Origin: Dimorphilus gyrociliatus
Lineage: Eukaryota; Animalia; Annelida
Assembly: GCA_904063045.1 (NCBI GenBank)
Contig: CAJFCJ010000007.1
Span: forward strand, 1,394,510-1,458,509
Length of the DNA: 64,000 bases
Reading direction: 5' to 3'
Shown here: positions 51,291 to 63,697 of the stretch, in pieces
How the letters are laid out: each line of letters starts with the position of its first letter
Position numbering within the stretch: position 1 is the stretch's first letter
Translations under genes and position numbers: made by a program
The notes under the pieces: generated by a model
What the model was told of the DNA's origin: nothing
What the model saw: only the letters and a program-made list of their open reading frames with translations
Databases searched by the model: none

Positions 51291-51672
51291 TATTCAAAGA
51301 AAACGGACGAAAGGGTGAATGCGCGGCTTCCACTAATCAATTTTTTGTTCTATTTGTATCTTCCAATGACGTCATATTTAGGCATCCCTACAAACAAGTA
51401 TCCGCGAAATTTCCAGAATTTAGCTATTAATTTATTGAATGATAGGAAATTACTCTATCGCAAATAGTCGATCGTCATAAATGCAACATGTGCCCACGCA
51501 ATTTATAGAGAATAGTAATTGCTATAGAAACTACTTATACATAAAAAAATTATGTAGCATGACCTCTGTAGATTGTAGGGCGTTACTTGTGACGTCAATG
51601 CAAATTACTGACGTCAAACGAGAATTACAGGAATACCTGGGAGACACGGCAAACAGACGCGTCAGTTCCTCA

Positions 51673-53820
51673 TTAGCATATGGCAAACTCGGTCGGGGCT
51701 TCGTTTGGTTGCTCTGCATCAGTCAGCTGTTTGCAGCGTAAGTTTAAGTCGTTCAAAGTAGCAGCTTTCTGTATCATCAATTCCCCCAAAGACCACAACT
51801 CCTTGGCTAAAATATCACTTTGTGCAGCCAAACTAGGCTGACATTCAGAACAGTTCATGAAGTAGCATCCGCCGATTACGCCCACCTACTCGCATTTTCC
51901 ATAAATGAGTTAATTGACGTAAGAAATTAAGTAATCTACTAGCCTGCCTCGATGTGGCTGCATAAACAATAGTAGCAGCACCCTGCTCTTTCGATTTAGT
52001 AAAAGGTCTGCAGAGGGTGTAAGCTAGCATTAACCACCAGGAGTGACGAAATATAGAGGTATATATCATGTTTCCAGGATGCACTGCGTGACAAATAACC
52101 TAAGCGAATAAAAAAATCACTTTATTACACAAAATATAATTCAGGATGCAAAGGAAAGTTGTACATAGCGGAATAACCATCTTAATCTATCTAAGAAATG
52201 AATACTACAAGAAAGGCTTTTTAATTAGTAAACAAGTCACGAACATATAAACTATATAGATAGATATAGGGCATATACCTGTCTCTGTATTCACAGAAAA
52301 ATTGTAGCAAACAAAATATTGTTATTATTTTATAATATTTATAATTATATTTATAGATACCCTCTTCTTATCCATTCTCCTATTAAGTTCTTTTACTAAA
52401 AGTAGCTTGCACAGATTTGCATTACAATAGGCTTCTAAGGGGCAATAGCCAGACGCTTGGGGATTTAGAGTATTAGCGATAATATCTGATGCATTTTGAA
52501 TCTTCGATTGCCTAATTTCAAATATAACAATATAGTACAACTACATTAAATTAGATTAACGCACCAATGAGCTTCGCATGTAACAGCAACAATACGAGAA
52601 TTTTCAGAGCTATTGTAGCCTGAAGCAACTAAAAGATTTTCAAGAAATTTGCACAGATAGAAATGACCCAAATAATGTGATTGAAATGTTCTTTCAAACC
52701 CGTCAACAGTTTTTTGGAATGGAGGAAACATTTCGCCAGCATTAAGGATAAGAACGTTTAAAGGCCTAAACAAACAAAAGCATATTAATAAAAAGAAAAC
52801 TAAATCGAATAATCAACAAAAGAAATTTACGCACCAGCCCTGAGAAATATATTCCTGCGCAAAACATTTTACGCTTTTCAAATCATTCAAATCCAAATGT
52901 TTAACGTAAATATTCAATTTAACTTTGGAGCTGCAATGAAGAAATAATTGCTTAAGAGTTATTTGTTTATATGCATTTAGTATTAAAATTATATTATATA
53001 CAATATTTAGTATATTTGTAGAATTTCTTTATAAATATTAACCTGTTGTCAATCATTTTAGAAGCTATTAATTCAGCTTTTTTAACATCTCTACAGCCCA
53101 TAGTCACGTGAGCGCCATGAAGAGCTAATGATTTAGCTGTTTCATATCCTTTCAAAATGTATATGTATTATATATTTATTGGTTAGCTAATTACTTCTAA
53201 TACCTAATCCAGAACTAGCTCCAGTAACTATTATATATTTTCCCGTTAGGTCTTTTCCATGAAGAAGTTGTAATGTAGTCGTACTTGAGTCAAATCGACA
53301 TTTTAAAGGTACAAATTTATAAGAATCATCTTCAATTGCAAATGCTAATCTAGGGTCCGTGAAGGTGGTTTTCTGATTTATATGACTAAAAAGAATTGCA
53401 ACCGGAGTAGATCAGTTCTATTTCATAATATACAAACTTACTCAACGTAGACTATCAGTCCTTGATCCGACACTGTCAGTTCCCAACCGTAAGGTAAATC
53501 TGGGAGTAGTTGACCTAAATAAATTTTTATCAGTATTATGCAATGAACAAACCTCCGATTACTCTTTTCTTTTTCCCTGTGTAAGGATGTTCCCATTGAG
53601 TTTCTTGAGTTTGATGGCTTAAGATAGATTGAAACAATAAACATTCATTATCGCTCGACAAAAAATATATAAAAACTCTTTAAAGAAATATTAAAAAAAA
53701 TATTCCTGACAATCATAAAAAAACTTACTTTGCATAATAGACTTTCCCGTTTGTTGTGACCCTTTCTTCCCAACCACTAGGAAGATCATCGTCAGAATCA
53801 CTTTCAGCTAGTTTGTCCAT
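51673..53820 (-). CDS. WWOX: WW domain-containing oxidoreductase, multi-exon
   Basis: [60 protein letters not shown]....[39 protein letters not shown] and GGCYF..C. Confidence 0.92.
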
Positions 53821-53928
53821 TCCAGATTCGGACACTGTGGAGTTTTTGAATGATTTTCAGTTTATTGTTTGGAATTATTCTTTCGTTCGATACCCAAGTT
53901 TCGACATTCGATCAAAATTTGACTAGAA

Positions 53929-55533
53929 ATGTCAGGAAATCCGCGGACAGGGGCTGATATATGGTCAAGGTTTGTGCCATTTGTTATCAAAATCTTTAAA
54001 TTGTAATTTCCCAGTGAATTTTCATATTTGATTTTGCGGCACATTCTTAACATAACAGAGGCGTTGCCTGTCGTAGCTTGTTTTCGCTCTCTGTTCGACT
54101 GCAGTGATTGAATTTTTCTAAATGTTAAAATTTCAGCAATCGACAGCAAAGATTTATAGAGCAACGAATCGCCCAGGTGGAAAAGCACCTGGGCGAAATG
54201 TGTCAAGCATTCGGTGCTTTTTCTCGAAAAATAGCAAGACTTAGAGACAAAGGTGAGAATCATATTAAGGCTTGGGGCTGTTTCTTTAATTTAGCTTTTC
54301 ATTAGGTGACGAAATATGTCAAAAGATCAAGGACTATTCCGAAACTGAAATTGTTAACCAGAGTACACTAGAAGCATTGTCAACTTTTGCACAAAACTTT
54401 TCTGCTGTTCAAGATTATCGAGATCACGAGGTATTGTTTGCATTCTTTTATTTTTAAATAAAAATTTTACACCATAGCAAATTCAATTCTTTATTAAAAA
54501 TAGGTTAAAAGCATTCAACGTAAAGTTGTAAACCCTCTATCGCAATATGGACACAAATGTAAAGATGCAAAAGAAGACTTGAAAAATGCATTTACCGCAC
54601 ACGAGAAGGATCTAAAAAGTCGTAAAAAGTTTGAAAGAACTCGAGAAAGGGGTTCAATTGATCGTCAAGATATGGTATATTATTACCCACATTTTTACGT
54701 AAGTTATTGTAAAACTTATTATATGACTATTATTTCGCAATAGACAAGAAAGGAGCATGAATTGCTTAAAACTAGTACACAAGCACTCCATTCGGAGAAA
54801 GTTTTGGAAGAGAAAATGGAGTCGTTTGAAAGACAAAAAGTAAATGATCTGAAAGTGAGTTAATATTTTGTTTAATTAAGTGATTTAAAGTTCTTTTCTC
54901 TTATCTTTTTTTTCAGAACATTCTTATGGATTTCGTGAATACCGAATTAATATTTCACGCAAGAGCTTTGGAACACTTTACAAATTGTTATAGATCTTTG
55001 CAGGATATTGATGAGGAAGCTGATATAGCGGTAATATTTCTTTATGAACAAATAAAATGAAACAAATTTGTTTTTCATATCAGAGTTTTAGATCCGTACT
55101 GAATCCTTCTCAAACTGAAGGTAGATTAAATATACAACGGCAAAATTCAAGGTCGTCTTTGAACGATACACGATTATCTTCTCAATCTGCAACGCCACTT
55201 CAAACTCGTTCGGCAACACATAGCCGTCAACATTCGACTTCTTCGGCTAATATGTTTGTTGCTAAATCTGAAATTGGACGATCACCTCAGGCTCAAGCAA
55301 GAACATTCAATGGCCAGAATCGAAATGATAGGAGGGGATATGCAGCTGCTAGTAGCGAAGACGATGATCTTGAAGATGATGATGAGGATGAAAGCGAAGA
55401 TGAAAGTGAAATTACTAATCCACCAGTTAATAGAGGACAAGGAAGAGGCTCGAATATTATAAGAGGGGGTCGGGGTGGAGGTAGGCCTAATTCTGCAGGC
55501 CCTGTTAGAGGAAGAGGGGCCTTTGGGCGATAG
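53929..55533 (+). CDS. CIBAR1: CBY1-interacting BAR domain protein (FAM92), multi-exon
   Basis: VEKHLGEMCQAF.AFSRKIARLRDKGD, FSAVQDYR, KVVNPLSQYG, FERQKVNDLK and EL.FHARALE. Long low-complexity last exon. Confidence 0.85.
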
Positions 55534-55817
55534 TTAGTAAGGTGCTAATATGCATAAAGTAAACACTGTCTCGTCCTATTTTAACCGTCCGTGATTGTTT
55601 ATAGAGTATAATTTGTAGATAAAGCAACATTATATTTTTTGAATTAATACATTCCGCGAATAAGTACCGCCACCTACAATTTTATCATGTAACAACCAAT
55701 CAGAGAACTGAACGCTGTCGTTCTTTAAAAATGCACTTGTATAAAAGGCTACGGAAAGGGCAACCTGACAATTCTAGTTGAGCACGTTAAATTATAGTTA
55801 TACGGGAACGGTGGAGT

Positions 55818-58800
55818 ATGAGCCCCGAATATCTAGTCGTTTTATTTCAAGTGACAGGAGGTCAGAATGGTGAAAACCTTGGCTCCGACGAAGAAGAAGT
55901 CGTCTTTTTCGTTTACTTACTTTATGACATAGCGTCTAATAAAGTAGTTTGTGTGCAATCCTATTACTGCCGGCCCACGCAAAATGAACTTCGAGAAACT
56001 ATTTTAACTGAAGAATGCAAAATTGTCACTGGCCTTAATGAAGATCTCATAAAATCTGCTCCTCCTCTGGAGCAAGTTCTGGACGAGGTTAGTTTCATTC
56101 TCTGTCAATAGGCCTAAGTGCTCAGTTTTCACAGTTTTTAGCTGTGTCTATCACGTGTTTTATATATAACTTTAAAACGTAGCATATATATTTAATTTTA
56201 ATGTGCTTTTTTGCCTATATAGCATTTATGTGCTAATTCATTTTTTTTCAATGTGTTCTTCAGTTCGAACGTTTTCTCGTTCAAAAAGAACTTCACCCCC
56301 TCCATGGCGGTTCATCCTTCTTTTTATGCTGCGATGGCCAACTTCACTTACGACTAGTCTTACATCCAGAAGCTCAGAGAAAAAACATTTCATTGCCTAC
56401 ATACTTTTATAAATTCTTCGACCTGAGGAAGGCTTTTAAGGAACACTACAAGGTTGAAACTGTCCATTGCATCAAAGACATGCTAGACCGTATCCTTTAA
56501 AGTTTTTACAACTTTTTTGTAACACTACATACGTCCCGCATTCATGAAAACGTGACGTTAGAGGTTGGCAGGCGCTTAATTTACATATTGCTGTAACGGT
56601 GCAGGTGCGTCCCGCATTGGACGTCGTCGAAGAAAATAAACCCTTATATAGATAGCCATGTCAGAGAGACGCCTTTCGAAACGTCAGCTGCGGTACACGT
56701 GGCTTGATGACTCCTCAATTTCGATTGAGTTATCCAGCTGTTGCGAGCATCAAACGGGCGTCCAAATGCTTTGTTCTGTAGAGCTAGGTGTTGTGTATTG
56801 AGAAACGTGCATCTATTCAGCTGTCGCGCACTAAAACGCGTGTTCTGAACGATATACTGCCTATAACGAATATTATAAAATATTCCTTAACCGTTCATCA
56901 AATATAGACTTGAATTTAGAAGTGGACCAATCTGTGGAATATGGCGTCAGACACTGCCAAGATATGGCTAAAATTATTCAAAGATTGTTGGACGATCGTA
57001 AGTTTTTTATTAATAATAATCATTATTTGGTATTATTATTTCAATTCATAGTACCTTGTATAATATCGATTTTTAATATACTCTTACCAATCCGAGTATA
57101 TAGTTGTTTTTAATCACTTATTATATTGTTAATTGTTAGTTAGAGGAGTTAGGAACGAGGGCCATTAATCGTCCTACTAATCCTCCACTTTAATAGAGTG
57201 GAAAAACTTGAATGGTTTAGCAATAGAAGTATACGTTGTAACTTGCGTGTATATTTACGTAGAAGTGCCCACTGTCTTACTAAGCTTCTAGGTCAATAGT
57301 ATATATCGAGTTTATACCGCCCTTTACGACATTCGAACGCTTATTAAAATTTCTCACGCTTCAGGCTATCAGTTCAGCGATCCCGAAACAATCAGCAATC
57401 GTCTGGAACCCGGCATATGGTTAGTACTCTTTATCTATTTTTTCCGCCAATCACACTTTAGGCCTAAGTATTTTGAAACAATCCTACTTCTTCTCTTTAT
57501 GTCACTTTTAGACTAAACAGTATTTCATTATTTGCAATAGAAAAAAATCGCAGCATTTATAAATAGTTCGTTCGCATTGAAATCGCATTTTCGCTATAGA
57601 CTGGTGCTTTTATATGATGTGTTCTATTCTATTTCACAGTTCAAAGAGTGAGAACGTTGACGACGACACGGTAATTAGAGCTAGAGGTTTGCCATGGCAG
57701 TCTTCTGATCAGGACATCGCGCTTTTTTTTAAAGGATTAAATATTATAAAGTAAATAAAAGAGCAATATTTTCAGACGTTTCAAATTGATTTGCTATAAT
57801 ATGAAAAAAATGATTGAACAGGGGTGGAGTTGCTTTATGCCTTAGTCCACAAGGGCGGCGAAATGGCGAAGCTTTAATACGATTTGAATGTAAGGAACAT
57901 AGAGATTTGGCGCTAAGAAAACATAAACATCATTTGGGCCAACGCTATATTGAAGTCTATAAGGCTTCTGGAAAAGATTTTATAAACGTGGCTGGGGGAG
58001 GGAACGCAGAAGCTCAACAGTTTTTGGAGAAGCATAACAATGAAGGCCAAGTCATTGTTCGAATGCGGGGACTACCCTATTCTGCTACCTCTCAACAAAT
58101 CGTGAGTGTGCCTTTTGCTAACTAGCTTTATCCTCTTTCTTAACTCATTAATAATAAATGTGGTAGCGGGTGAGGAAAAGTTTTAATCTCTGCTCTGACG
58201 ATCAGGCATTTTGTTAAGGTTATAGTGACTTTGTAAAGCAGTCTTTATGGCAAAGAAGGGACTGGGTGGGGGGCTTTTGCCGTGGTAGAGGAAAACATTT
58301 TGAACATAAAAACGACATATTTAAAAGATTTTCTATCAATATAAACAGACCCGTAAACGATGTCTATAAATGGTAAGTCGCAGAAATGGGGAAGTGATTT
58401 AGCGGGTCTGGTGTGGTTTCCTGTGTTTTAAACGGAATAAGCTTGCATTTACAAATAATATCATAATAACCAAACGTATAACCAACAGTATGTAGATGTA
58501 TCTAAAGTATATATGTATATAGATATATAGATATACACTTTAGAAACTACACTTACGTACAAAAACACTATCTATACAGCCTATGGTTTATACAGTGCAT
58601 AAACTTGAACACGTTATTTAATCTCTTATAGCTAGCTAACATAAATATTGTTTAGCATGAGCAATGCACATAATACGGAATGAATTTTTTTCATAACACT
58701 TTTTCATACATAAAGATTATTAATTTTTTGTTTATTTAAAAAATTCAAGATACACAGAAGTTTCTTGTATATTGAGAGACAGACAGACAGACAGACAGAG

Positions 58801-59047
58801 AGAGAGAGAGAGAGAGAGAAAAAAAGAATCTAAAAATAATGTCCCATATGTTGGTTAAAATCAAGAAACAAAACTGTTCAAGAGTATGAATAGGTAGTGT
58901 AGTAGCTTAAGAAAATTTTCTTTTTTATTGAGACGACGATATACGATAAGCATATTTGCTTGTGCAGAGTTAACACATTGCATTGCCTTTTCACTCAATA
59001 GATATCTAATAAGCTTTGCACTGTATATTCTCATGTTGTATACGTAG

Positions 59048-59078
<31 letters not shown>

Positions 59079-60656
59079 ATATATATACGTATATATACTT
59101 CAAGTGCGAACTTAAATTATATATATAATGTTAAGTTCGCATAAAACGGGTATACGTATTTAACAGTTTTGGTAGTGGTTATAACGACTGCAATTTGAAC
59201 GCGATTGGAGTGTTTGTAATGCGTTTATGAAATGATTTTCTTTTTATAAACGACAGCGCAATGTCTTTCTCTGGTGATTTTTAGTCTTTCTCTCATCAAC
59301 ATTTAAAAAACATGTGTTCTGTACATATGATACAGTATATTTTCAATATGTATTACATAAAATAAATTCTTAAAATAAGCGTATGGCTATATATAAAAGT
59401 TGTGTGCTATCACATAGAAAGTATGCAAGTCTTACATATAGTCAGTAGTTTGAAAATCCTTGGTATTTTATTGTTATTATTATTATTGTATGCAGTATTT
59501 GAATCAACTAAGCATATAATACGGCACATACTATTTAGAAGGTGTATGTTACATATTATGCGCTTCGTATGAAATTATAAAAGTAGTTAGAGGGAAAGTT
59601 TTGTGTTCGTATAATTACAAAAGAAAACTTGTACAGATCGATTTCTTCCAAACCGGACCGAATAGTGTACAAGTTCTAGATGGCCAAGAAGGTGTCTTAT
59701 TTGTCCATCATGCCGATGGTAGAGCTACTGGAGACGCTTTCGTTCTATTTGCAAACGATGAAGAAGCTGATCTGGCTTTACTAAAACATCGGGAATGTAT
59801 TGGATCAAGATACATTGAATTGTTCAAGAGTACAACAGCCGAAGTTCAACAGGTTCTCAATCGTTCGATGGACCCTCGTGCACACGCTATGGAAGCCGGT
59901 GTTGCACAAACGGTTAATGTCTCAACTGCTGCTGCCGCTTCATTTATCGACCCTTCCGCCGCCACACAAATGGCATTGATGGGGTTTGCTCCGCCCACAA
60001 ATAATCTATTGCCAGTTCCGCAACAGATGATAACAACTGGATCGCAAAAGGACTGTATAAGACTTAGGGGTTTACCATACGAATGCAGTGTCACAGATAT
60101 CTTGGCATTTCTTGGGGAATTTTCAAAACACATTGTCTTACAAGGTGTACATATGGTTATTAATAGTACCGGCGCCCCAAGTGGTGAGGCCTTTATTCAA
60201 ATGGAAGGTGAACTAGCCGCTGAAGCAACAGCTATAGCTAAACACCGAAAAACAATGACAACAATAAATGGTGTAGCATGTTCGAAAAAGCGCTATGTTG
60301 AAGTCCTTCAGTGCAGCGGCGACGAAATGAATATCATTCTAACGAATGGCCTTCCATCTGTTGCTTCGCCTCTTGCGACACCATTGTTACAAGCGGTTGC
60401 GCCTTCACCTCAAAGAGCATTAATGCCCACACCTACTGTTCCCACTCATCCAGCAATTTTAAGCCCTCCAATGGCTTATCCTGCTCCGGCATTTGCCTCG
60501 CCAATTAATCATCGCTCTTTAGCGACAGCGACAACCTTACCAAACTATGTTTCACCACTACCGACCACTGTTAACCCATACCAGCCTTTCTTCTACTTGT
60601 ACAACGGTTATCCAAGCCCTCCAGTTTCACCTCCAACAGAAGTTCTACCGCGTTGA
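55818..60656 (+). CDS. ESRP1: Epithelial splicing regulatory protein (ESRP/fusilli): DnaQ-like N-terminal domain plus 3 RRMs, multi-exon
   Basis: [96 protein letters not shown] and [12 protein letters not shown]1/2 orthology is family-level. Confidence 0.95.
56490..56907 (+). other. U12-type (minor spliceosome) GT-AG intron in ESRP
   Basis: 5' splice site GTATCCTTT, branch site TTCCTTAAC at 56883-56891, short distance to AG at 56906-56907 and no polypyrimidine tract. Splicing restores the frame DMLD-H-LNLEVD. Confidence 0.9.
58779..58820. repeat. (GACA)n(GA)n microsatellite in ESRP intron
   Basis: agacagacagacagacagagagagagagagagagaga read directly. Confidence 0.9.
59047..59098. repeat. (TA)n microsatellite in ESRP intron
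   Basis: Long TA run read directly. Confidence 0.9.
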
Positions 60657-61304
60657 ATAGAAATTTAATTATCGCATAAGTTTATGTTATGTATAAAAAA
60701 ATGTGTTCGTTAAAGCATAAAACAAAGTTTGCTTTGCTTTTGACTGTTTTAATTGTATATAATTTCTAATAATGAAGTCCCCCCTCCCCCTGTACTCTCC
60801 TGACTGTTTTTATTTTATCAAAAAATAGTTAATTTCATTTTGGTGGTGGAAAAAAATACAAAAAAAATCTTTTTCTTTTAAGAAGGTGGTGGTGTTTAAC
60901 TAGTTAATGGTGAAGGTGCTTCTGCTGGAAGCTCGATCTGAGTTTTTAGGCGCCTGTATATACTATATACAGTATATATAGATTTTTAAACGCGCACGTG
61001 TTTAGCATAATTGATTTTATTTGTTCAAATGAAAGCAGCTGTTGCAGAACTTATCGACTCAGATACTGCAAAATTTTTGCCATTAATATTTGAGAAACGT
61101 GGTCGTTATGTGTTAAAGTCTATGCATATCAGTCGAACATAATATCTCTGCCGTACAATTGCAAAAGAGTACATATCTAGTCCGATAATGTATTTGTTCA
61201 AATTTAGCAATACACCTAATCGAAATAAATATAAACATGAGAATAAATAAATTTATATCTATTGTTAAATGGATTCACAGGATTAAAAAAAACTATTAAA
61301 GTAT

Positions 61305-62354
61305 TTAGGAATTAGCCAAGAAAATATACGAGACAATCCCGACCATACAACCGGCTAAACCTTCTCCATTCACCTTCCAAACTTCCCCCTGTATAAAACC
61401 AATTCTGTTTCTGTACACATCACCCAAAATTGGAGGATTTAAAACGTTCCATAAGAAGTGCAAAAGTGCGGGTGCCCATATCGAATAGCTGTTCAAAATA
61501 ATAATGTAAAAGTATATTTGCGACATCTAGCGGACATCTTAAAAATACATACTTGGATTGAATAGCAATCCATCCAAGTGTTAGACCGTTGACATTACAT
61601 GATAAAAATTGGAAAAGTATTGTTAAATAAGGTTTTGAAGTGCGAAATCGAGCAGTTAATAACACCATAATAGGTATATGATAGCATCCCCATACTAGGC
61701 CACTAGAAAAATGAAAATTTTATAATAATTATCGTTTTGACGGGAAAAGGATAATTTTTTTAATGTTTTTGAAAGTATATTCTTTTTTCTATTTACCTGA
61801 TTAATAATGCTTCAAAACGACCATATTTATTGATTAAACAAGGAAGCATCAGACATCTCCATCCAATCTCCTCTCCACTTGCCCTTAAAAAGTTTTTTAT
61901 GTATTCATTAACTGTAGTCTGACGTAAACTTTTGAAAAGTTTAGACCAACTCGCATCATCTCTTAATTCGCCTAGACCAGAAAGAATGTTGAACGATATG
62001 CAGAGAATCATTTCACCAATAACAATTAAGAAGGCAATAAATGAATATAGACTAGCTAGACCAATCTAGGGGAGAAAAGGTATTTGTTTTGTTTTTAAAA
62101 TTCAACATCATTCATGATATTTTTCTTAAACTATCTAGAGCATCTACTGGAAGTCAATTACTTACACTATCATAACCAATAAGAGCCGACAGATCGTACC
62201 CGTGAAAAAACCATGGAGCAAACAATCCTGGGAAAAACATTGCCCAAGCTAATTTTTGAAGTGTCCATTTTTTGCCGATTACTACCCACAGAATAGTTAC
62301 AGCTATTGTAAATATTGCGAATAATTCGCAATTTCCAAAATAATTAGTTTTCAT
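61305..62354 (-). CDS. CPBP/Abi-family (type II CAAX protease-like) intramembrane glutamic endopeptidase, 4 exons
   Basis: Spliced product has GEEIGWR (EExxxR), GLVWGCYH (xxxH motif) and SIWAPALLHFLWN (HxxxN), with multiple TM helices. Three GT-AG introns with consistent phases. Confidence 0.8.
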
Positions 62355-62713
62355 TGTGAAGGTCAAGGCTAAAGGTTTTGTGCGAAAAACACTCTAGATG
62401 TCAGTAGCTGTTAATTATTTATTTTTTTCACGCAGTTCTATCGTTTTATTAAGACCGACCAAACATAATCTCTATAAAATAGACGGTTAATGAATTAACA
62501 GACAAATCTGTTTATCATTCTCAGGAACAGAACAAGGCAATTAAAACTAAATAAACTCTTTCATATAAACATACAACATAAACTTATTTTTAGTTATTCT
62601 CAACAAAACCTTTTCTATCAATATTATTGCTTTCAGATTTCGTAACAAGAGCTAATCACCTTTGGTGACAATAAACATAGTTACTTGCTCTAAATTTAAA
62701 TTTTCATTTGGCC

Positions 62714-63697
62714 CTAATTTGGCCAAATTTTATTAAACAATTCCATAAACGAATCGTAAATCATGAAAGTAATAGCAACATCCAAACAGACTCTTGATAA
62801 TCTAGGTAAAGTTCCCTTGTAGAATCTAAAAAGTATTTAAAGGGTTAATTATAAATAAGTACAAAAGTAGTATAATATAGAATATAAATATTAAAATATC
62901 TTACGCAAGAGGTCCTTCGTGCTTCAATATTTTTGCAGCACAATCAAAAGTGTTCTTGTATTTTTTAGCTTCTAATCCCTGAAAGTATTTAAATAATTTA
63001 TTTACATTTCAAACATCTAATTGTTTAAGTCTAAATTTAACCTGCATTCTAGTTTTAACAACATCGAGAGGTGTGTTTCCAAATACAGAAGCAGCACCAG
63101 CAATAGCTCCAAAAAGTCCAGTAAGTAATTTAGGAACAGACTTTCCTTTCTCATCTCCTCTATACATATCTTTTAGAGTTTCAACAACGAAAAACCTAAT
63201 AGCTTGATTACTTCCTTGTTTCATGATAGTCGGGGTTAATCCTTGATAGCATCCTCGAAATCCTTCAGTTTTGATGATACTTCTGACACCATGAAAGAAT
63301 CCCTTAAACTTTGGATTTGCAGATGCTTGATCATTGATAAACTTTACTTTTACAGTTTCCATAGGAGTAACAGCAAATATAGCTTCACAAACGCCAGCTC
63401 CCAAACCACATAATAATTTTTTTTGGGCAGATAAATTTCCTTTTTCATCAACAGCTCTTTTCTTAAATTCTTCAAAAGCTCCAAATCTTACAGCAGATTT
63501 CGGAATTGAACCGTACAAGAGAACGGATAAACCTCTATAAAGACCAAAGAATCCATGGTCACGTACAGTTAACTTCGCGCAATCCACAATACCCTTATAG
63601 CGTTTAGCGCCTCCTGATTTTTCATCCAATTGCAATTGTGTCTTAATATATTCCGTTGGAAAGGTGATACATATTTCAATACCCCCAGTAATTCCAC
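62714..63697 (-). CDS. SLC25A1: Mitochondrial citrate carrier (tricarboxylate transport protein); first exon(s) not identified, probably outside window
   Basis: [71 protein letters not shown]|GLEA and [20 protein letters not shown]. Stop at 62714. Confidence 0.94.

Noticed and set aside
53146-53153. ATATCCTT U12-like donor (also at about 42991)
   Set aside because: Both are on the strand opposite to the host gene and lie within coding sequence (KGYE in WWOX), with no matching branch site.
53862-54263. 133-aa minus-strand ORF upstream of WWOX
   Set aside because: Antisense to CIBAR exons 1-2 and their intron, and not in a plausible spliced frame with WWOX.
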